Source: Auanema rhodensis (Eukaryota > Animalia > Nematoda). From it: a DNA stretch of 64,000 nucleotides. Below, piece by piece: positions 12,247 through 25,600 of this stretch; positions within the stretch are counted from its first letter, which is position 1; each line of letters starts with the position of its first letter. The translations under genes were made by a program, and so were the position numbers. Where the stretch lies: the NCBI GenBank assembly GCA_964057225.1, contig OZ059896.1, positions 12,400,001-12,464,000 of the forward strand, in the 5' to 3' direction. A model generated the notes under the pieces. The model did not search any database and had not been told where the DNA came from. It worked only from the letters and a program-made list of their open reading frames with translations.

Positions 12247-13167
12247 AACGACGTCATACACCAAGGATCACTAATTTTACCATCATTAATTGGAATGATC
12301 TTAAAATTCAGATGTGGAAACGCAGCTATGATAGCAGACGTACAAAAAGCTTTCTTACAAATTCGACTCCATGAGTCGGAAAGAGATGCTACTCGCTTTT
12401 TCTGGCTCAAAAATATTAACCAACCACTAAGCACGGACAATACCAGAACCCTACGATTCCGTAGAGTACCATTCCTTCTCGGAGCCACAATACAACACCA
12501 CCTAGAAAAGAAAAGCTCAGAAAGTCTTCTAGCTCATACAATCAAGGACAATCTTTATGTGAACAACTTACTCCTTGTCTCTGACTCAGCAGATCAAGTG
12601 CGAATGTGGTATTCCGAAACAAAGGATATATTTCAGGAAATGAACATGAAACTCCAAGAGTTTATATCCAACAATGAGATATTTAACTCAAACCTGACTC
12701 CTGAAGAACACAATGCCTCAAAAACACCTAAAATATTAGGACTTCCCTGGGACACATCATCAGACCAATGGATAATCCAAGCTCAAATCCCGGAAACCAA
12801 GCTTACAAAAAGAGGAATCACTCAAGCAATTGCATCAATCTTTGATCCAATGGGCATGATTTGCCCCAGCTTACACCCACTACGAATCTTCCTTCAGAAT
12901 CTATGGACAGAAAGGTTTGATTGGGACACTGCACTACCAACGGAAATCCAAACCAAATGGAAACATTTATGTGAAAACTTTAACATCAACATAAGGATCC
13001 CTCGTTCTCTACCATCGGACACCAACGGACAATACCATCTGGTAACATGCACGGACTCAAGCAGCAACGCATTAGGATTCTGTTGCTACTTAATCGCAGC
13101 ATCAACACGACAAGTAGTCCTAATATTCGCAAAATCTAAATTGCATTCCAAAAACTCAAATGATTGA
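12247..13167 (+). pseudogene. pol: BEL/Pao reverse transcriptase-RNase H fragment (inverted copy)
   Basis: ADVQKAFLQI, RFxW, YVNN (decayed YVDN), KILGLPW, TKR...FDPMG and TDSS motifs. Short deletion after RVPF. Confidence 0.92.
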
Positions 13168-13170
13168 ATT

Positions 13171-13672
13171 TTGGTTTCCGGGATTTGAGCTTGGATTATC
13201 CATTGGTCTGATGATGTGTCCCAGGGAAGTCCTAATATTTTAGGTGTTTTGGAGGCATTGTGTTCTTCAGGAGTCAGGTTTGAGTTAAATATCTCATTGT
13301 TGGATATAAACTCTTGGAGTTTCATGTTCATTTCCTGAAATATATCCTTTGTTTCGGAATACCACATTCGCACTTGATCTGCTGAGTCAGAGACAAGGAG
13401 TAAGTTGTTCACATAAAGATTGTCCTTGATTGTATGAGCTAGAAGACTTTCTGAGCTTTTTTTTTCTAGGTGGTGTTGTATTGTGGCTCCGAGAAGGAAT
13501 GGTACTCTACGGAATCGTAGGGTTCTGGTATTATCCGTGCTTAGTGGTTGGTTAATATTTTTGAGCCAGAAAAAGCGAGTAGCATCTCTTTCCGACTCAT
13601 GGAGTCGAATTTGTAAAAAAGCTTTTTGTACGTCTGCTATCATAGCTGCGTTTCCACATCTGAATTTTAAGA
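13171..13672 (-). pseudogene. pol: BEL RT fragment, inverted duplicate of 12299-12800
   Basis: Identical translation; mirror coordinates sum to 25971. Confidence 0.92.
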
Positions 13673-13785
13673 AGTTTGTTTACTTATAATGTATTGTGTT
13701 GGTACTATTTTATTTGTATTTTAAAGATCAATAAAATTTCTGCATGTAGATAATTTTGTTCACCGTACTTGTTATGGGTAATTCA

Positions 13786-13880
13786 ATGGAACACATATCG
13801 AAGGTTAATTCGATAAGAACGATATGAAATACCAAAATTTAATGGAACACATATCGAAGGTTAATTCGATAAGAACGACA
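13786..13880. repeat. Sub-terminal 55-bp repeats with the TATCGAA-N6-TTCGATA palindrome
   Basis: Two copies of GGAACACATATCGAAGGTTAATTCGATAAGAACGA. Confidence 0.9.
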
Positions 13881-14529
13881 TTAAATTATTAATTTTTGAA
13901 ATTACAAATTGTTATTAATTATATTTATTCTAACAAGTAAAAGTTTCAAATTAAAAGAAAAGACTAGTTTTAAACTTTATTTTACTAATATAACAATACA
14001 ATAACTAAATAGAGCACACATTGAAGGTAAATACAATAAGATTAACAAACAGTTGCGCTGACCTCAACGCCACGCATATCGATGGTTAGTAAACACTAAT
14101 AACTGCACTGTAGGGGTTTAAATATAGTATAATCATTTTAACATTTCAAAAGTTTTAGTTTCGTGATATAATCATTAGTAAATATTCAAGAATGAAATAT
14201 TTTTCACATATAAAACGTTGGCAGTCATATTTTTTGTGCTACAATATGGGTGTAAAAGTATACTATGAATAATATATGAGCTATTAAGCAAAGTTTAAAA
14301 AGCCTAAATGTTTTGTTGTTTATGGCACAAACGGTAAACAATAATGTTTAAAGAGATGTAAAAACTAATTAATATGCAGATTGTTTACAGGTTCAGAGCG
14401 CGCCAACTGCTGGCAACTGTCGATGATATGAGTATATCTGCATAAATATGCTGTAAAATCTAATTAACAAAAGAATTTCATCAGAAAACTTGATTGTAAC
14501 ACAATGGGTTGTACTTTACAAAAATCTTT

Positions 14530-14538
14530 GTATAAAAG
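14530..14538 (+). promoter_or_regulatory. TATA box GTATAAAAG upstream of accessory gene X (A)
   Basis: Conserved at the equivalent position in B (34952-34960, minus strand). Confidence 0.55.
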
Positions 14539-14690
14539 GTTGGCAATTTTTGCTACATTTACATTTCAGCTCTGCCAACTATCCGAGGATCCGACGTTTC
14601 ACCATCTTCTGCCACTCTTTGCCAATCGCCATAGACTGCTTCTCTCTGCAAGTTTGCCTTAATTTTTAGAAAGTTGGATCTTTAGCGGAA

Positions 14691-15275
14691 ATGAAGCGTG
14701 CTGTACTTGCTGATGTGACAAATGTTGTGCGCAAATCGCCTGAACCTGAAGTACCACGACCACCCACACCAGCTCCAAATTTTACAAGTTTTGGTATGAA
14801 CCTTAACTTGTATTTTTTAAATCTTTAATTTAGATTCACCAATAAAGCAGATGGAGATTCTGAGAGAGAGCACTCCACCAAGGAGTGTATTAATGAGACC
14901 AATTTGTCTCTGCAAAACTTGTAGGGAATCATTGCAGGTTATAGACGAGTATCACTGTTTCAGCCTCTGTATAAAGTGTAGAGAAAGAAATGATGCGTTG
15001 GGTCTTTTGAAGGAATTTCGTCACTATAAGCCCGAAAACTTTTCTATTAATGTAAGCTTGCATATTTATTTATTTTCAATTTTATCATTTTTTAGATGCG
15101 CTCTTATAACACCATGACGTGCAAGCAATTGTTGAACAATATGGGCTATATTGTTATATATGCAGATGAGGCTACTGTAAAGACTTTTAATTATAAGCAG
15201 AATGTATTCTACTTTAAACTAAGTCCAGAAGCACTCAACCTGAACATGTTTATCCGCTTTGATCCTTCATTTTGA
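14691..15275 (+). CDS. Maverick A accessory gene X: 3 exons, 166 aa, D-box plus Cys-rich domain
   Basis: Exons 14691-14793, 14834-15051 and 15096-15275, with GT-AG introns of 40 and 44 nt, give an open frame MKRAVLADVTN...CLCKTC...HCFSLCIKC...RFDPSF. The homolog in B is also intact. Confidence 0.75.
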
Positions 15276-15409
15276 CTACAACAAGCACAAAGAGTCCAAT
15301 TGGCGTTTTATTCTTGTTTTGTTATGTGGCATTTTTATATTCTCAGCCGTAACATTTTTTTTCCAGCTCTTGCGAATATCCATCAATGGCTCATCAATTG
15401 ACGACGATC

Positions 15410-15644
15410 CAGTGCTGTAAGCAATAGTCCAGTTGTAAATTCACCTCTTGGCGGACAGTTGCTGAAAACTGGTAATGAAATTGTCGATGGGGTGCTGAAA
15501 GGCGATAATATCAAGGAAACTCTTAAAACAGCCGGCCGGCAAGCTATACGAGATCTTACCGGCTTGGGCAAACGGCGACGACGCAAAACCACAAAACCTC
15601 ATAAGCGGTTGTGCATCACTCGTGAGCGGTCGTTTCACATTTAA
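15410..15644 (+). pseudogene. 3' half of the Maverick basic core/membrane-active protein (A)
   Basis: Matches the C-terminal half of 29285-29737. The 5' part and the PRO-mCP-ATPase-INT block are deleted. Confidence 0.8.
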
Positions 15645-16975
15645 ATGGCTAAATTGATAGATTCAAAATCAGCACAAGCCCTTTTACCTAATATCAACTA
15701 TGGTGATATACCAGCGTCGGCATTAGGTGTAGAGTCTACTCGTACTGTACAAGTCCCTTTGAAAAATACGTTTCTTCCTCAAGGACCATGGGAATTTGTT
15801 ATAGCTCAAAATTCCAAATCAATCCTCAATCTGAGAAGATGTTGGTTGAATGTAAAATTTAAAATTGTAACCACAAACGGTGATCCAGTACCAGACAACC
15901 TTGTTTTTGCACCATGTCAACAATTTGCTGCCAGTTTAATACATTCGTATCATTTGAAAATTGATGATGTTAGCGTGTATGACTCTACCGTGAATCATGC
16001 CTATAAAACATATATCGAGAATATTTTAATGTATAGCAACGATGTTAAAGAGAGCAAACTTGCCATATCAGGCTATTATGCTGATAGATATATAGATAAT
16101 GCATCCAGTGCTGGATTTAGAACGCGTCAAGCGCTTGTAAAAAATGACATATTGTGTGAGATGGCTGCTCCCATCAGTATCGACCTATTTAATCAAGAGC
16201 GACTGTTTGTAAACTATTCAAAAATGGAGCTAACTGCGTATCCAAACCGTGATAACTTTTTAATTGACACTCTAGGCTGGAATAACGAAAACAAGGATAC
16301 TACATTAAAGGAGGAGTTTCCAAATATGAAAGTAGATATCAGAGATGTACATTTGCTCATTCAAGAGTTTGATCTAAACGCTGGATTAGCTATGGCTTTA
16401 GAAGATAAACTCGCAAAGGATCGAATACACTACCCCATGACATCAGTGAAAATGATTATTTCATAGAAGGAGGCCGCTTGGATTCACCTAATAATATATT
16501 ATTCACGTCTCACACACCAAAACGTGTTGTAGTAGGTCTTGTTGGCGCACACGCTTATAATGGTACTTTTAAACATTCGCCATTCAACTTTAAACCGTTT
16601 GATTTGAAAAATATATACTTGACGCTCAACAATAGGGTAATACCTATCCGTCCTTATAATTTAGAATGCCGATCTTCCTAGGCCACAGCATATATTGACA
16701 TGCTGGAAGGTTTGGGACTTGGTCGTACAGATTCATCCAATGGTATTACACCAGCAATGTATAAAGCTGGTTTCACATTTTTTGTATTTGATATTAGTCC
16801 TACTGTGCATTCGTCAGAGTTATTTGATGTTATACGACAAGGTAATGTAGCCTTGAAATTGGAATTTGGTCAACAAACGCCGCAAGAAGGCTTATATGCT
16901 ATTGTTTATGCAGAGTATGACTCTATTCTTTCCATTGACAACAATCGTGCTCCATATATTGATACCAGTTTGTAA
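15645..16975 (+). pseudogene. Major capsid protein (double jelly-roll, PY), Maverick A
   Basis: GPWEF, YKTYIENIL and PKRVVVGLV...AYNG...SPFNFKPF Polinton MCP motifs. Frameshift at ~16455 and stop at ~16680. Confidence 0.88.
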
Positions 16976-17122
16976 TGTATGTAATAAATTCTTTAAAAGA
17001 TATAAGAATAAAATTTATTAATACAACTATTTTTAAAAATGAATACATGTACAATGATAAAATTTTATAAATACAAATATATACAAGATGATAAAAATTT
17101 ATAAATTCAAATATATTAAAAC

Positions 17123-20100
17123 TTATTCACAATAACCGTAGGGTAAAGTACTATAATCTTGTAGATAACAAAGTTTATCCATTACAACTTTAGTACTTTT
17201 TGTCATATCCATTGTGGATATGGCACCGAGTTGCCTCTTTAACAAGGTTGTATTGGTTTTTAAAACCAATTTCTCTCCATCCATAACGAGTCCGCGAACC
17301 AGTCGCTCCATACTTTCAAAGTTTACCACTGATGCTGCCGTGTGGTCCAACGTCTGAAAATTATAAAATTATTTGAAAAGTCAAAGCTCGTACATACCAC
17401 TCCATTTGCCTTTGTTACATACTTTACATCACCAGCTGCATTTACAAGTTTATAACTATAAACTTTTGCTGCTGGTGATACAAACTTGGTCATTGACCAA
17501 CCATCGGGTATTTCAGAGGTTAGTTTACCTAACCATTCACCCTTCATATCCTCAATTGGATCTGGCTCATCCAGGCACCTTTGATAAATTAGTGAATCCG
17601 TGTCTAAATAATGTAAGTTTAAATTGAATACAAAGTATAAAATTACCTGTATACACCAAATTCTTTCCAATTTTCTCCATTGCCTTATACAATAGTAGCC
17701 TTGCATGAGCGGTTGTATAGGCCGCAATAGCTACATTTGTAAAAGGCGGTGGTGGCAAATGTGAATCCTCTGGTACTGTTGTGCAGTACGCAACATTATG
17801 CACAATTTTGAACCCAGTGAGTTCCCTTGCAGGATCAGTAATGATCCTACCAATTTCTGGGTCCTCAACACCAATAATCTTGGTTTGGGCTTTATCAGGT
17901 CTTTGACCCATTTTACCCCAGACACTATAAGCAAATTTGTAATGTATTGTTTTAAAAAGTTTACAAACCTATTTAGCTGCAGTTTGGCAATGCTACGTAT
18001 AACAGCATTCTTTTCAATTTCATTGCTCTCCAGAGCAACACCAGTGTTCTCCTCGTGTTCTTGGAGATATATCACCTGTAAAATTCTATTTAATGTGATA
18101 CTTTTATTAAAACATACCTTTTCTTCCTCTGTCATGTTTGGCTTTGGCCAGCCCGACGCCTCTTGTTTAATTTTTATGTACTTTTGTACAAACTCTTTAA
18201 ACAGGCCGCCTTGTTGCCATTCTTCCCAGTGCCACACCTCATGCACATGAAGCACTTTATAGCCACGTTGTATGGCACACTTGAGCTCAACATGTGTCAC
18301 AGTTAGATGCAGCTTTCTTGCATTTACATCATTTTGGTGCTCACAAGTAACATTTTTACTTTTGACTGCACAAGTGTGGCAGTTTGTAAAAATTAGTTTA
18401 CCGCCAATACGTGTGCCTAATACAGGGTACAGCAAATTTGTGGGTGCAAGCACGTCACATTTTACTAGACCCTCGTAAGGGGCAGCATGCCTCAAAGCTT
18501 TTGAAACCCTCAGTAATCACTTTGGGATTACCTACAGGGTAGTAGGCATCAAAAGCGGTGACATATAGATATAGTGAACAAAAGTCCACATACTCGAGCG
18601 AGTATCTATCCGAAGCTTGTGCCAAAAGCTTATATGTCTTATATGTTTTTCATTGGCCGAAATTTGAGCATTAATTTCGTGCTCCCACACTGTGGTAACA
18701 CTAATGCTTTGGCTTTGAATTGCTTGAAGCCTTTTCATGGTTTTATCATAAACTTCAATTTTTCAAATTAAAATGATTAAAAAAGTCACAATTACCTCTT
18801 CCATTGTTTCACCATTTCTGCCTGGTGCTATAGCGCTCTTGTTGGTGCACTGGGGGCAACCATGGTAAATACAACCATTAATCTACAAAAATTTGCACTT
18901 TTTACATTTATTACAAATTACTCACCTCATAGCCATGATTGGCAACGGGGTCATAAGCATCGAGTAGATAACGATGGCCATCTACTCTCACTGCAAATTC
19001 ACCACCATTAAGCTTATGCATTAATGGGCGGCCCAATCCTTGTTCTAGCCATTTTATATACTTTGTGGCTATTATACTCTGCTTTTGACCGGCATAATAA
19101 CCAGTCTCGGGCAGAATACCCACTTCGTTCTCTTTAATGTGGTTTATTTTCTGTAATATACTGTAATATACTAGTTTTGAAAATGCTTGTATTTTAAAAA
19201 ACTTGCCTGGAATAAAGAGAAACTGACAAATGTCATACATTGTATGACAGGATTCCAGCCAGTGGTGGCGGTGGCCAACTTCATGTACACTTTCATACAG
19301 TTGGTTAAAATACGGACATCTGTCCTACAATATTCCAGAAGCTCCTCATCAAAATCAAACACACTTTGATTACGCTCCTCATACCAAGCATTGAATGAAG
19401 CTAGGTCTTCTGCTTTCATTCTAGCAGTACAATAGTAATGCTTTGGTGGCAAGGATGGTAGCACTTTGCCATAATTTATTGGGTGGTTAAAGAGGTATGG
19501 GAATTGTCTTTTACTCATATCAGGTACACCAAATGCCTTGGGTAACGCTGATAGGGGTAATGGCACTAATAAATAACTATCTTTAAAATATAAATGATTA
19601 AATTTTTGACCTCTTAAAGGCTTGACAACCATGCTTATAATCTTGGTCCTATTTAAAATTGGATCAGGATATATTCCACGGTTTATCAGCCTAGACACCA
19701 AAAAATGTATGTCAACGCGTGAACCATTATGCGCTATCAAAATTGCATTATCATTCTCAACAGAGTTGAGTAACCAATCAAGGAAACGATCTGTTACAGA
19801 CCATTCACTATCACCTTGTTGATACCCAAAATGGCCCTCCTTGGTTGTGCATTTTTCACAGGAATTGGCATCTATACAACTTTCACAAAATTTGTTATAC
19901 ACAACCATATTGGGCCATTGTTCATCTGCATATTCATGAACATTTGTACCGCTTTTTAACACAACCGTTTCAAAGTCATAAAAAATAATCTTAAACAAGT
20001 GAGCATTACACTTGTAAAGATGTTAAATACAAACCTTGTATTTTTCTTGCCTCTTTTTTAACTGATCCTTCTTCTTGTCGTTAGGTGGGACCCAACAACA

Positions 20101-21285
20101 AGAATGATCTTCAGGCTTTGTTTGCCCACACTTTTTGCAAAATTTCTCATTGCAATTGTGCGGTCTATCAGCACGTACTCTGTGATAATGATCACAGTTT
20201 TCACATGTCTGAATTTAGTCTTGTTAAATTTTATATATATTTTTCAAATTACCTTAAACATTCGACATGTTTTTCTAATATGCCTGTCAAAGCATTGACG
20301 AGTGTTAAACAAAACTCTACAACTATCACATCTTATGCTACTTTCAACCACATTTTCCATCGAATTACATTTTAAGGTGTGGCATTTCTTACACTTGGCT
20401 TTACATCTATGCAACACTGTTTTGTAAGTTTATTTACAGTGTTGGCATATAATACCATCAAAGCTGTGATCTACTACAAGTTGTAATATAGTCATAATGA
20501 TTATTTCGGTAGCCTTGTGTTACCACTTTGCTAGCCGTTTCATTAAAGATACGCTGAATAGCGTACATACGCTATCCAGGTGGCCAAGCGTATACTACAA
20601 ACTTATAGTCTGTATTACAACTTGCAATAATATTCAAATGGTTCAAATTATAATTTGGTAAATGTACAGAAATACCACACCTATTTAATAAATTGATATG
20701 ATGTGGTTGATTTGGCAACAAGATGTAGTTGCGACGAAGATTTTGAATCCTCCGCTTCTCAATAACATCTTCTGCTGCCTCTTCATTGGCTTTCCACATT
20801 CCCAGAACTGCTGCTCTAGCCAGGCAATGAGTGTCAGTGTTTTCATTTGTGCCAGGTATTTTAAGTTCGGCATCAAAATAGAAACCAACTCTACCTTCAC
20901 CAGGCATCAGGCTTGGCTGCACCGGTCTTTCATCAAACACATACATTTCAATATTCATTGCCTGGCTAATTACAGCCTCTCGCTTTGATTGCTGCACCTT
21001 GCTGATGGCATTCATGATGGCAATGCCATCCAAATGCTCCCTTCTACGGAAATCCATAAATATGGATCCCTTTTCAAAGGATGGATGCTCTATTGATAGA
21101 CAAAATAGTGCTTTTTGTTTATCTGGCACACCACTTTCAGCAAGGCACCGATCAAGGAACTCATTAAATAGCCGCGGCATGACAACATGCATTGCTTCAT
21201 CAATAGATTCCAAGTGTGGGAACGTGAGCGATCTAACGACCACGTTGGTGAACCGACCAGTGCGTTTTATGCGTCGGTGTGACCA
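17123..21285 (-). pseudogene. Protein-primed DNA polymerase B, exons 5-14 (Maverick A)
   Basis: YDFET, AHNG, KDSY, YCRTDV, KLQLN, DTDS and LPYGY motifs. Intron positions match B. Deletion at ~18640 and a frameshift. Confidence 0.92.
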
Positions 21286-21623
21286 CTATAATACACACTT
21301 TTTCTAATGGTTATACGCTTTTAGTTTAAATATAAATAATTTTTGTTTATAACTTTAAATAAATTTACTTTTCTTTAAATTATTTTTATATGCTTTTATT
21401 AAAAATAAATAGCATTTGATTTTTAAATATAAAGATTTTGTTTTTCAACTTTGAAAAAACTTTTATAAACATTTGTTAATGTTAAAAAATAAATGAGAAG
21501 GTCAAGATGGTGTTTTATTATTTTACTAGTTCAAAATGTTTGAAATATTTATAATTTGTAAGAATTCGAAATTGGTTTAAAGAAAGATATATAGTGAGAT
21601 GAAATGTAATGTAATGTAATCAG

Positions 21624-22460
21624 TGGAACACATATCGAAGGTTAATTCGATAAGAACGATATGAAATACAAAAGTTAATGGAACACATATCGAAGGTTAA
21701 TTCGATAAGAACGATATGAAATACAAAAGTTAATGGAACACATATCGAAGGTTAATTCGATAAGATCGTTAAAACAGGTGCACTGACCCACACAAGAACC
21801 ACATGGCAAACGTTTTGTTCATAAAAAGATGATAAATAGCTGTACACCACATGTACCAAGTTGTCTAATATTTTTAAATTACATGAAAGTATAGTTTAAA
21901 GAACCTTTTTTTTTAAATTTTATATTAGTATATTCTAATATACTAACTCAATAAAACACATATCGAAGGTTAATTCGATAGGATTCACAAACAATTGTGT
22001 TGTTTCCAATGGAACACATATCGAAGATTAATTCGATAATATCGTTAAAACAGGTGCGCTGACCCACACATGTACCACATGGCAAAAGTTTTGTTTATAA
22101 AAATATGATAAATAGCTGTACAGCACAAGTACCCATAACGCTAAAGAATACTTACTATGCCAAGGGGTCATGGGTATATACTTTTTAGTATCAAAAATGT
22201 TAATGGAACACATATCGAATATCAATTCGATAAGATTGGTGAAACAGATACGTTGACCTACAATGAACCAAATGGCAAAGCACTTTTTCATTAAAGTATA
22301 ACAAATAGCTGTATAGCATATGCATCAAGATTTCTAATACTCTCAAATTACGTGGAAAGAAGAGTATATAGAAAAAGTTTTAGTGTGTATATTACTAATA
22401 TTCTAATACACTAACTCAAAGAACACATATCGAAGATTAATTCGATAAGATTGTTGAAAC
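21624..22460. repeat. Sub-terminal array of TATCGAA-N6-TTCGATA palindromes (7 copies; 55-bp and ~200-290-bp periods)
   Basis: Copies near 21632, 21687, 21743, 21961, 22019, 22213 and 22427. Confidence 0.88.
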
Positions 22461-22681
22461 CGGTGCGCTGACCACAACAATACATGCGTATTTATTAACA
22501 ACGGATTGGCAACTGCCACTGTTGACAGCTGTAATATGATACAATGTTGAGTGTTGGCAACATTGTTACGTGACAATAAAACAACTGACTGTTCTTGCAA
22601 TGAAGTGTAATATAAATGTGTAAAATGAAATATGGATAGCTACCTCTCAGAGTTTGCATAATTTTATTCTAACAAGATACA

Positions 22682-25600
22682 ATGGCTGCTAACAGGTTGT
22701 GTTTTTTCCTATCTTTTTTTTTTTAATTAAAATATTTATTTTCAGTTATAAGCGTGTATGTGAAGAGTTGGGGTTCGATTATGAGGAAATTTATCAACTC
22801 AGGTAATTTAACAATATTTTTAAAATATACATCTTTGTTTTTTTTTTTAGTAAGCGCATAAAACTTACCGAGAGTGGTGGTGTTGAGCTGTGTGACCCCG
22901 CAATAACCACTTCCAATAGTGGTCCCTCGTCATCAAGGGTTATTGAAGTTATCACCTTGGATGACAGCGATAATGAGTAAGCTATCATATAATGAAAAAG
23001 CATGGAATTTTTTTTCTCAGAGAATGGAATCCCGAGATGCCATCAACTAGTGGAGAACAATTAGGAGGCGGTTCATCCTTCAACGATGTTTGTCAAATAA
23101 AGGTACGAGCTTTTAACCTTTTTTTTTCATGTTACAATTCTTTTCACTCTATATCTTTTATTTGATTACATATTTTGAGCAATTTTGAATTCTGCCATTT
23201 ATTTTTGAACAAATCATCATACATTTGGTGGCTTTTTGAAAAATAAAATAAAATCTTATCCCAAATCCATGCCATAATTTCATTTTTTAAATTTTTAATC
23301 ATTAAAAAAAAACATTTAAATTTCAATATTGTGATGCTCAAAAACTGAAACATGAAATTGATTAATATTTTCTAAGCCATTTCACTTCATCTCTTTTATT
23401 TAATCACATATCTTGAACAAATTTAAATTTCTATCACTTTTTCATAATTTCGTTTATTAAATTTTTAATCACTAAAAAACATTTAAATTTCAATATTGTG
23501 ATGCTCAAAAACTGAAACATTTTAATATTTTGTAATTTTTAAACCATTTCACTTCATCTCTTTTATTTATATATATTTTAAACAATTTTATAATTCTACT
23601 ATTATTTAATTTTTATTTATTAAATTTTTAAACATTAAAAAAAAATTGATGCTCAAAAACTGAAACATTTAAATATTTTGTATTTTTCTAATCGTTTTGA
23701 AACAAACTAAACATATATTTGAAAACATTTCAATTAAATAAAAAATAACGACTATAACAAACAAAGAGACATAATAATTTTAAGCAAAAGATGAAACAAT
23801 TCATATATATTCTTAAAACTATATTTTTTTAAACTTTTAAAAATAAAAATAAAAAAAAAGCATGTAAACTGTTATAAATGTTGTTTATTATAGTGGTCAC
23901 ACCGGCGCATAAAACGCACCGGTCGTTTTACCAACGTGGTCGTTCGATCGCTCACGTTCCCACACTTGGAAAATGTTGATGAACCAATGCATGTTATCAT
24001 GCCGCGGTTATTCAACGAATTCCTTGATCGTTGTCTTGCTGAAAGCGGTGTGCCTGATAAGCAAAAAGCCTTATTTTGTTTATCAATTGAGCACCCTTCC
24101 TTTGAAAAGGGCTCCATATTTATGGACTTTCGTAGAAGGGAGCTTCTGGATGGCGTAGTAATTATGAATGCCATCAGCAAGGTGCAGCAATCAAAACGAG
24201 AGGCTGTGATCAGCCAGGCAATGAATATTGAAATGTATGTGTTTGATGAAAGGCCAGCGCAGCCAACCCTGATGCCGGGTGAAGGTAGAGTCGGGTATTA
24301 TTTTGACCCCGAACTCAAAATACCTGGAACCATTGCCAACACTGACTCACATTGTCTGGCTAGATCAGCAGTTGTGGGAATGTGAAAAGCTGACGAGCTG
24401 GCCACTGAAGATGGCGATGAGAAGCGAAGGCTGCATAACCTTCGTCGCAATTACATCTTATTGCCAAATCAGCCACACCATATCAATTTATTAAATAGGT
24501 GTGGTATTTCTGTAGATTTATAAAATTATAATTTAATTCATTTAAACATTATTGCCAGCTGTAATACAAACTATAAGTTTGTAGTATATGCTAGACCGCC
24601 TGGACAGCGTATGTACACTATCCAGAAAATATTTAATGAAGCGGCTAGCAAATTGGTAACACTAGGTTACCGAAATAATCACTATGATTGTATTACAGCT
24701 GGTAGTCGTTCGAAAATTTTTGATGGTATTATATGTCAACACTGTAACTTATCTTACAATACAGTGTTGCACAGATGTAAAGCCAAATGTAAAAAATGCC
24801 ACACCTATAATTGTAATGCGATGGAGAATGTGGTTGAGAGTAGCGTGAGGTGTGATAGTTGTAGAGTTTTGTTTAAAACTCAACAATGCTTCGATAGGCA
24901 TTTGCGAAAAGCCTGCCGAAAATTCAAGGTATTTTGTGAAAATTTAAAGTTGTACATAACAAGCTTAAATTCAGACATGTGTGGCGTGTGATCACTATCA
25001 CATGGTCCGTGCTGATAGACCGCACAATTGCAATGAAAAATTCTGCAAAAAGTGCGGTCAGACAAAGCCTGAAGAGCACTCTTGTTGTTGGGTTCCACCT
25101 AACGACAAGAAGAAGGCTCAACTAAAAAAGAAGCAAGAAAAGTTCAAGGTTTGTATTTAACATCTTTACAAGTGTAATGCTTACTTGTTTAAGATTATAT
25201 TTTATGACTTTGAAACAGTTGTGTTAAAAAACGGCACAAATGTTCATGAATATGCAGATGAACAATGGCCCAATATGGTTGTGTATAACAAATTTTGTGA
25301 AAGTTGTATAGATGCCAATTCCTGTGAAAAATGCACAACCAAGGAGGGCCATTTTGGGTACCAACAAGGTGATAGTGAATGGTCTGTAACAGATCGTTTC
25401 CTTGATTGGTTACTCAACTTTTCTGAGAATGATAATTCTATTGTGATTGCGCACAACGGGTCGCGCTTTGACATACATTTCTTGGTGTCTAGGCTGATAA
25501 ACCGTGGAATATATCCTGACCCCATTTTAAATGGGACCAAGATTATTAGCATGGTTGTCAAGCCTTTAAGAGGTCAAAACTTTAACCATTTATGTTTTAA

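Larger units (their letters stand above)
8937..13672 (-). mobile_element. BEL/Pao (Belpaoviridae) env-bearing LTR retroelement, rearranged and truncated
   Basis: 3' LTR, polypurine tract, Gc-like env and BEL-type RT remnants in the correct minus-strand order. Integrase and gag are absent. Confidence 0.85.

Noticed and set aside
21624-22460. CRISPR-like array (palindromic repeat plus spacers)
   Set aside because: Spacers are identical or homologous to each other, spacing is irregular, there are no cas genes, and the context is a eukaryotic Maverick TIR.
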